Part shown: piece after piece, positions 57,318 through 64,000 of the stretch
Numbering within the stretch: the first letter of the stretch is position 1
Layout of the letters: every line of letters starts with the position of its first letter
Virus record (IMG/VR): IMGVR_UViG_3300027752_001458
Coordinates: 1-64,000 of that record
DNA: 64,000 bases
Source: a virus
Strand: one strand, 5' to 3'
Notes under the pieces: generated by a model
Told to the model about the DNA's origin: nothing
The model's database searches: none
What the model saw: the letters and a program-made list of their open reading frames with translations, nothing else
Program-made: the position numbers and the translations under genes

Positions 57318-57399
57318 TATTTATCTATATTAACAATAGTTTTAATGAATTTATTGAAAACTCCTCATTAAAAGCAGTTTTAATAATAGTTGATAAATA
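57318..57399. promoter_or_regulatory. Divergent late promoters, each with a 16-bp palindrome-like box
   Basis: Minus strand: GATAAATA at 57318-57325, box at 57330-57345. Plus strand: box TTAAAAGCAGTTTTAA at 57368-57383, GATAAATA at 57392-57399. Confidence 0.65.
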
Positions 57400-57424
57400 T
57401 GATTAGTAACAGAGGATACCCAAA

Positions 57425-60400
57425 TTGGCAGTTTCATTTAACTTAGACGGACAAGCCTTAACATTCCCAGACTGGGCGAGTGAGGCAACAGCGGAGCAGA
57501 TGCTAGATATACTGAAAGGTATAGCTAAGTCATCAGGTGCTTCAGAGAAAGATCAAAAGAAAGTTACAGATTCTGCTAAGAAGACGTTAGATGAACTGAA
57601 GAAAGGTAACGCAAATGATGACGTTACAGCAGAAGATCAAAAGAAGCGAGACGAGAAACTACTTAAAGAAAATAAAAAACTAGGAGACGGCTTTAAGGAA
57701 CTGGGCAATCAATTAGAGCAATATAAAGTAGACAAAGCATTTGATGCCTCGTTCTTAGGTACATTAAAAGCATCGTTTGAAAGCGAAGGTGAGAATGTCG
57801 GCAGGGCTATAATGACCACCGGCGAACACTTGTATAAAGGTGCGGCATACGTTGGCGGTGCAGTTCAGCAATATGGTGCAATGCTGGGCAACAGCATATT
57901 AGGTGCAGGCGAAAGTTTAAATGACTTAGCTAAGGTAGGTGTTGGCTTTAACGATACCTATTCCGGTATGGCAGAAACAGCTGGCTTGGGCGTGGCCCAA
58001 CTAGCAGGACTAACAGGAAGTTTCGGCGGAGCGGCGGCACTAATTTCAGCATCAGCAAAAGTTGTAGCAACACAAGGCTTTGGCAACTTCACTAAATCAA
58101 TGAGATTTGCTTCAGATATATCTGAAGAATTAGGCATGAGTTTAGAAGACAGCATGGGTGTGTTCTCAGAATCATTAAAGTCACGTCAGATGTTGATGAA
58201 CGTAGGTAATGCTGACCAAGGCAGAATGAACAAACAAATTCAGAAGTCGACAAAAATGCAGATGGCGTATGCTACTGCTATAGGTGTCTCAACAGAAGAG
58301 ATGTCAGCGTTTGTCGAAAGTTTAACCCGCAACAACGGTCTATTAACATCATCGCTATTGAGATTCGACGATACACTACGAGGCGATGTAATTGCTGGTA
58401 TCGAAGTATTTGCTAGTGGACTAGCAGGTATGGGCGGACAAGCAGGACAAGACATTGCATCAGCATTCCTAGAAGCAGGTACGGCAGGTGCAATTGGTAT
58501 GAGCCAAGCGGCAACAGGCTTTGTTACAGCATTGCCAAGTTTAGCAGGCCCAATGAACGAGTTTGCAAATGCAATGAAAGACGGCACACTTACCCAAGAA
58601 CAATCAAAAGATATGGTTAACAGTTTAACCGGTCAACTAGGAAATTTAAGTGCAGGTGAAAAAGATCGTATCTACCAAATGGCTAGAATCGGTGATGAGT
58701 CTGCAAAAACAATGGCTAATGCTATTGCACAGTTTGAACAAAGCGAAGACAAGTTAAAAGAAGTAAACGAAAAGTTCGGCACAGCATTCAATATGGACGC
58801 AGTGCAAAAAGGTACTAACCAGTTTAATAAGATGATGACAAACATATCAGGTGGCGCCTCGAATGCGTTCTACAGTTTGTTTGCAGATCCCGAAATAATG
58901 AAAGTTATTGAAGACGGGATGGCGGAAATATTTGCCATGTTTGGCATGGGTGTAGATGATCTAGCAGGCTCGGCAATGGATGCAGGCGGCATGGTTAAGA
59001 GCATGGTCCCTGCTGTTAAGAGCTTTGTTGGATTTATAGTAGACATTGGTAAATCAGTAGCAGGCTTTTTTGCAAAATTTAAAACAGATGAAGGCTTTGA
59101 CTTTGGTGCAATGTTTAGCGGCATCATAGGTAAGGCTAAATCGGCATTGTTCACAGCAATATTGACTTTTGTGGGTATATGGCTAGGTGCAACAGTTGCC
59201 ACACATTATGCAAAAACTGTATTAGGTCCAGCAATCGGAAAATTTGGCAAAGAACTATTTGCTAAACACAAAGGCCCAGCAATGGCTATGGCCAAAAATG
59301 CCCTTGAATATACCAAAGGCATGTTTGCAAAACATGGACCAGCCGCAATGAACATGGCTAAAAATGCACTTAACTACTCCAAAGGTCTGTTTGCAGGTGG
59401 AGCCACAACAGGCAAAAATATTCTCAATAATTCTATAGCTTATGCAAAAGACGTATTTAACACTTCTGGTGCAAAAGGTGTAGCAAGTAAAATGAGCGGT
59501 TACGCATCAGCATTTGGTAAAAAAATATTCAGTGGCGGCGACAAAATAGCAAAAACAGTTGCCAGTGCCGCCTCATCCTTTATGGGCAAACTTACAAAAG
59601 GTGGCGCACCTGATGTTGTAGGCAAAGGCGTGGCAAAAGCTGGTGGCCTAGTGTCTAGTTTAGGTGCAAAAGCAAAAGCACTTGTGCCAAAAGGATTGAG
59701 TGACAAAGTAAGTGGCATGGGCGGTAAAGTATCAGGCATGTTAAAAGGTGCGTCAGACAATGCAGACAAGGCCACAATGCCAATGGGCAAAGGCGGCGGC
59801 TTCTTACAAACAATAGCAGATGCAGTTAAAAAATTCGGCGATAGCAAAGTTCTTAAAGGAGCGGCGGCTATTGCATTGTTGGGAGCTTCAGTTGGTATAG
59901 CAGGTGTAGGACTTAAACAATTTAACGATGTTGACTTTGCATCAATAGTTAAAGGCACATTGGCGTTAGGCGGCTTAGCCGCATTGGCGCAAGTATTAGG
60001 TAAAGGTTCTATGGGAATGATACAGGGCGCCGCGGCAATAGTATTGTTAGGAGCCGCAGTTATACCATTAGCATTCGGTCTTAGTTTAATGAAAGACGTC
60101 GGATTTAAAACAATTGGCGTATTGGCGGCAGGACTTCTTACACTAGGTGGTGCGGCGGCAATACTTAGTTTTGCATCACCATTTATAATAGCAGGGTCTT
60201 TTGCAATCGCGGCATTGGGCGTAGCACTTGGCGTGTTCGGCGTAGGAATGTCACTGGTAACTGGTCCACTAAATGAGTTTATAACCGGTATGAGTAACCT
60301 TGCAGAAGTTAACGGAAAAGGACTAGCATCTGCGGCTGGCGGAGTATTAGCAGTAGGTGCCGCAATGGCGTTATTAGCCCCAATGCTTCCGTTCATGCTG

Positions 60401-61657
60401 ATAGGCGCATTAGCGGGCCCGGCTATTGAAAAGATAGCACTAGCCACAATGATGTTTAACTTTACTGATATGAAAAACTTAGCGTTGGCAGGTCCGGCAT
60501 TAAAATCATTAGGTGAGGGCATGAGTTCATTGAGTGGCGGCTCATTAATGAGCAGTATCAAAGATGGCATTGGCTCATTGTTCGGTGCAGATAGTCCTAT
60601 AGAAAAAATAAAAAACTTTATTGAAGGCTTCAAAGGCATTGACTATTCAGGTTTATTCTTTGCATCTGAAGGCTTACTACTATTACAGTCATCTATATTA
60701 GGCTTGCCTAAAGCATTAGACTTAGCAATGTCATACATGAATGTGCTGGGCGAGCATTTCCTTACTCTTGCAGACAGCTCAAGGTCAATAGGCATATTTG
60801 GATCTAGGATTGGTCCTTTTGCACAACACATGGAAACACTTGCGATTTCGTTCATGTTATTAGGCGATAGACCGTTTAGTGCATTTGATGGTGTAGAAGA
60901 ACAAGCTAAAGGCATGGATATGTTCGCAACATCAACTGAAAGACTTTCCTCGGCACTAGGTAGTATAGAATTCGACTATATAGCGGATGGGTTTCAGGAA
61001 ATCGCTTACAGTATAGAGGACATGGCGGCTGCCATGTCAGATATTAGCATGGGAGACATGCTAAAAATGGGTGCAATGAGACTGCTCGGTCCTAGCAAAG
61101 AAGAGATTCAAGAGGACGATAAACAAACAGCAGTTAAACATGTTGCAGGAGAGAAACTCCGCGGCACCTTCGGTTCAGATGAAGGCCTTCAAGGGCTAAT
61201 GGACAACATATCCATGTCATCCGGTAAGAACACTTACGCCCCAGGAGAAAGTGCTAAAGAACAAATGTTACTCCGCCTGCCTGAGATAGGTGCGGCAGGT
61301 ATTGATCTTGATGTTAAAAAAATGCAAAGTAAGGAACTAGGTGTTGCGGCAACGGAAATGCAACGGGTTACAGGACTCTTACAATCACAAATTGACATGT
61401 ACAGGATGCAAGAAAGCTCAGGTGTTATTGTTGCAAAAGACGTTCCTACTACAGCACAACCAGTCAAAGAAGAATTGGTAGCTACACCAGGTAAAATATC
61501 GCCTAACTCTCCCACAGCAGATAAGAAAAAATTGGAAGAAGCTATTGGCGGCGACATGACACAATCAGAATTACTTACAGAGTTAGTTAGGTTAACGCAA
61601 CTTAATAACAACTTGCTCAAGAAAGGCAACAAAATCACTGCTGAAATAGAAGTTTAA
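57425..61657 (+). CDS. Tail tape measure protein
   Basis: 1410 aa, Ala/Gly-rich and helical, hydrophobic segments, 22-aa repeats, N-terminal WASEAT motif, adjacent to the tail chaperone; TTG start. Confidence 0.8.
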   Translation: MAVSFNLDGQALTFPDWASEATAEQMLDILKGIAKSSGASEKDQKKVTDSAKKTLDELKKGNANDDVTAEDQKKRDEKLLKENKKLGDGFKELGNQLEQYKVDKAFDASFLGTLKASFESEGENVGRAIMTTGEHLYKGAAYVGGAVQQYGAMLGNSILGAGESLNDLAKVGVGFNDTYSGMAETAGLGVAQLAGLTGSFGGAAALISASAKVVATQGFGNFTKSMRFASDISEELGMSLEDSMGVFSESLKSRQMLMNVGNADQGRMNKQIQKSTKMQMAYATAIGVSTEEMSAFVESLTRNNGLLTSSLLRFDDTLRGDVIAGIEVFASGLAGMGGQAGQDIASAFLEAGTAGAIGMSQAATGFVTALPSLAGPMNEFANAMKDGTLTQEQSKDMVNSLTGQLGNLSAGEKDRIYQMARIGDESAKTMANAIAQFEQSEDKLKEVNEKFGTAFNMDAVQKGTNQFNKMMTNISGGASNAFYSLFADPEIMKVIEDGMAEIFAMFGMGVDDLAGSAMDAGGMVKSMVPAVKSFVGFIVDIGKSVAGFFAKFKTDEGFDFGAMFSGIIGKAKSALFTAILTFVGIWLGATVATHYAKTVLGPAIGKFGKELFAKHKGPAMAMAKNALEYTKGMFAKHGPAAMNMAKNALNYSKGLFAGGATTGKNILNNSIAYAKDVFNTSGAKGVASKMSGYASAFGKKIFSGGDKIAKTVASAASSFMGKLTKGGAPDVVGKGVAKAGGLVSSLGAKAKALVPKGLSDKVSGMGGKVSGMLKGASDNADKATMPMGKGGGFLQTIADAVKKFGDSKVLKGAAAIALLGASVGIAGVGLKQFNDVDFASIVKGTLALGGLAALAQVLGKGSMGMIQGAAAIVLLGAAVIPLAFGLSLMKDVGFKTIGVLAAGLLTLGGAAAILSFASPFIIAGSFAIAALGVALGVFGVGMSLVTGPLNEFITGMSNLAEVNGKGLASAAGGVLAVGAAMALLAPMLPFMLIGALAGPAIEKIALATMMFNFTDMKNLALAGPALKSLGEGMSSLSGGSLMSSIKDGIGSLFGADSPIEKIKNFIEGFKGIDYSGLFFASEGLLLLQSSILGLPKALDLAMSYMNVLGEHFLTLADSSRSIGIFGSRIGPFAQHMETLAISFMLLGDRPFSAFDGVEEQAKGMDMFATSTERLSSALGSIEFDYIADGFQEIAYSIEDMAAAMSDISMGDMLKMGAMRLLGPSKEEIQEDDKQTAVKHVAGEKLRGTFGSDEGLQGLMDNISMSSGKNTYAPGESAKEQMLLRLPEIGAAGIDLDVKKMQSKELGVAATEMQRVTGLLQSQIDMYRMQESSGVIVAKDVPTTAQPVKEELVATPGKISPNSPTADKKKLEEAIGGDMTQSELLTELVRLTQLNNNLLKKGNKITAEIEV

Positions 61658-61698
61658 TAAAAACTTTTCCGTTTTGCTTGACATTATTCCTATGAAGT

Positions 61699-61706
61699 GA
61701 TAAATA
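61699..61706 (+). promoter_or_regulatory. Late promoter GATAAATA
   Basis: GATAAATA-TACAC-A upstream of the portal gene RBS. Confidence 0.65.
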
Positions 61707-61727
61707 TACACATATAAAGAGGATTTT

Positions 61728-63413
61728 ATGGCTACTTGGCGAAAATATTTTAACAGTGCAAACGGCGGATTACCTGTAAACGTTACAGGCAACAACACCG
61801 ACGGATACAGTGCAACACATTCTAGATACAGCAGTTGGCTCCCAGAAGTCTATGCTGGCAGTCCTAACAGGTTAATGAGATACATGCAGTATGACCAAAT
61901 GGACAATGACTTAGAGATTAATGCGGCGCTAGATATTCTAGCAGAATTTTCTACTCAAGAAGATGACACAACTAAAACTCCGTTTAGATTTAGATTTACT
62001 GAAGACCCTAGTGAAACTGAAATGAAAATTTTAAGTAAAACACTAGACCAGTGGAACAACTTAAATGATTTTAGTCGTAGAGCTTTTAAAATGGTAAGAA
62101 GTACATTAAAGTACGGAGACCAATTTTTAATTAGAGATCCTGAAACATACAAGTTATACTGGACTGATCCAGCAAACATTGAAAAAGTTATTGTTAACGA
62201 AAGTAAAGGCAAGAAAATTGAAACTTACTTTGTTAAAAACTTAGAAGCAAACTTTGAGCAACTAGCGGCAACATCTGCGGCGGCACTACACTCCAGACCA
62301 TATGGCGCTGGCGGCGGAATGTTAGCAGGCGGAAACATTGGCACTAGTGCAGGCGCACGAAACGATACAAGTCAAGGCGCAAGCCAAGGCATGCCTGTTG
62401 ATGCAACACATGTTGTACAACTAAGTTTAACAGAAGGCATGGACCACAACTGGCCCTTTGGTATTAGTATTCTAGAACCTGTATTTAAAGTATTCAAGCA
62501 AAAAGAATTGCTGGAAGACAGCATTATTATTTACAGAGTGCATAGAGCACCTGAAAGAAGAGTGTTCTTTATTGACGTAGGTAATATGCCTCCGCATAAA
62601 GCACAACAGTACTTAGAAAAAGTTAAGTACGAAGTACAGCAAAAGCGTGTGCCCAACAAGAATAAAGATGGACAGAATGTTGCAGATGCGGCATACAATC
62701 CAATGAGCATGTTAGAAGATTATTTCTTTGCTCAAACGGCAGACGGCAGAGGTTCGAAAGTTGACACATTACCAGGTGGTACAAACTTAGGTGAGATTGA
62801 CGACTTAAAATACTTCAACAATAAACTGTTAAGAGGACTTAGAGTACCAAGCAGTTATTTGCCTACTGGTCCAGATGACGGAACAGCACAGCATAACGAT
62901 GGTAAAGTGGGTGTAGCATACATTCAAGAACACCAGTTTGCAAAGTACTGTCAGCGTCTACAAAGACAAATTATTAGAAATTTAGATAGAGAATTTAAGA
63001 TGTATCTAAATTATAAAGGCATCGAAATTGATAACAGTACGTTCAGTGTAGAATTTACTGACCCTCAGAACTTTAGTAGTTACAGAGAGTTAGACTTAGA
63101 TACACAAAGAGCTCAACTGTTTACAGGTTTAGAAGCAGTACCATATTTAAGTCAGCAGTTCAAGTTGAAGAAGTACTTAGGTCTTTCTGAAGAAGAAATG
63201 AGAGACAACGAGCATTACTGGAAACAAGAGAACAAGTATAACACGTCAGGCGCTGGCACTGAAGATGTTGGTTTAAGAAACGTAGGTGTTAGACCCGGTC
63301 CAAGCATGGACTTGGACATTGATGCACCAATAGATGATATTCCTGATCCAGCATTAGATGCAGAAACACCGGATGTTGATGTTATGCCACCGGTGACTCC
63401 AGGGGAACTATAA
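61728..63413 (+). CDS. gp20: Portal vertex protein
   Basis: LEDSIIIYRVHRAPERRVFFIDVGNMP, MLEDYFF, VDTLPGG.NLGEIDD.KYF..KL.R.L.VP. Confidence 0.95.
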   Translation: MATWRKYFNSANGGLPVNVTGNNTDGYSATHSRYSSWLPEVYAGSPNRLMRYMQYDQMDNDLEINAALDILAEFSTQEDDTTKTPFRFRFTEDPSETEMKILSKTLDQWNNLNDFSRRAFKMVRSTLKYGDQFLIRDPETYKLYWTDPANIEKVIVNESKGKKIETYFVKNLEANFEQLAATSAAALHSRPYGAGGGMLAGGNIGTSAGARNDTSQGASQGMPVDATHVVQLSLTEGMDHNWPFGISILEPVFKVFKQKELLEDSIIIYRVHRAPERRVFFIDVGNMPPHKAQQYLEKVKYEVQQKRVPNKNKDGQNVADAAYNPMSMLEDYFFAQTADGRGSKVDTLPGGTNLGEIDDLKYFNNKLLRGLRVPSSYLPTGPDDGTAQHNDGKVGVAYIQEHQFAKYCQRLQRQIIRNLDREFKMYLNYKGIEIDNSTFSVEFTDPQNFSSYRELDLDTQRAQLFTGLEAVPYLSQQFKLKKYLGLSEEEMRDNEHYWKQENKYNTSGAGTEDVGLRNVGVRPGPSMDLDIDAPIDDIPDPALDAETPDVDVMPPVTPGEL

Positions 63414-63616
63414 TGAAATTAACAGAATTTTATAATCCGGAAGCAGATAGATCAGCAACAAGAGACTTTGACGATACTCGTAAAACTAAACTTACTTTAC
63501 TATCTCTTAATAAATTAAGAAAGTACAGAGAGTTAAAGAAGAAAGAGAATATCGAACAGGCAGAGTTTGCATCTATTATGTATTCCAAAGCACAAGAATC
63601 AGACGCGGCCCTATAA
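63413..63616 (+). CDS. Small hypothetical protein downstream of portal
   Basis: Coupled to the portal stop; RKTKLTL..LNKLRK motif. Confidence 0.7.
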   Translation: MKLTEFYNPEADRSATRDFDDTRKTKLTLLSLNKLRKYRELKKKENIEQAEFASIMYSKAQESDAAL

Positions 63617-64000
63617 ATGAAATTAGCTGTTGTAGGCTGTAGCTGGTCTAGCCGAGATGTAGATTATCCTGATGTGGAATTTGGCAAGTTAGTAGCAGAC
63701 TATTACGATGCTGAATACATTAACATGGGAAAGCCTGCATGTAGTAACCCAGGTATAGCACTCCAAATAGATTACATCCTCGATGGTCACATGGGCCCAC
63801 TACCTGACTTAGTATTGATCAATGCTACCACAGTAACCAGAACAGAACTTAAACTAAACAGTAAACGCAGATTTGATCCTAAAGCAAGTTGGGATAATGT
63901 GCAGTTCAACATGATGTTTGGAGAGAAGCTTAGAGACATACATGCACCTGGGTACGGCAAAGGATACGATCCTAGTATTGTAATAGACAGTTTCTCTACT
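63617..64000 (+). CDS. SGNH/GDSL hydrolase-like protein (partial)
   Basis: MKLAVVGCSWS...YINMGKPACSN..IALQI; open to the window end. Confidence 0.55.
   Translation, partial: MKLAVVGCSWSSRDVDYPDVEFGKLVADYYDAEYINMGKPACSNPGIALQIDYILDGHMGPLPDLVLINATTVTRTELKLNSKRRFDPKASWDNVQFNMMFGEKLRDIHAPGYGKGYDPSIVIDSFST

Noticed and set aside
57958-61638. Minus-strand ORFs including the 379-aa 59500..60639
   Set aside because: They are antisense to the Ala/Gly-rich tape measure gene, whose codon bias suppresses stops on the opposite strand
61678-61706. Sigma70 promoter (TTGACA) before the portal gene
   Set aside because: No good -10 hexamer at 16-18 nt spacing; the GATAAATA late box explains the site better
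1-64000. Stop-codon reassignment
   Set aside because: Long genes are intact under code 11, and TAA, TAG and TGA all end genes at coupled junctions

Overview
This 64 kb window is part of a large T4-like (myovirus-type, probably jumbo) dsDNA phage genome, using the standard genetic code. All calls are from motif reading; no database searches were run. From left to right: (1) 1-11.8 kb, a minus-strand auxiliary cluster with two radical SAM enzymes, an SDR, SAM synthetase (metK), an SCP2 lipid-carrier protein, four glycosyltransferase-like genes and a HAD phosphomannomutase. (2) 11.8-47 kb, tail fibre and baseplate genes, including a 6361-aa giant wedge protein and gp6-, gp25-, gp5-, gp53- and gp48/54-like genes, interrupted by a small plus-strand early operon. 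(3) 47-51.2 kb, gp55 late sigma factor, gp47/gp46 and a GIY-YIG-like nuclease. (4) A ~520-bp non-coding, densely structured element. (5) Two cupin/2OG-like genes, then an early operon with YodL-like, SWIM and lipoprotein FG-GAP/beta-barrel genes. (6) A gp26-like tail chaperone with an apparent -1 programmed frameshift into an ORF missing from the track, then the tape measure, portal (gp20) and downstream genes. The main observations are the structured element next to the GIY-YIG gene, the frameshift, a (G)ATAAATA-N5-A late promoter that often lands directly on an ATG (leaderless mRNAs), a 16-bp palindrome at fixed spacing upstream of several late promoters, and the metK/radical SAM/SCP2/glycosyltransferase cluster.
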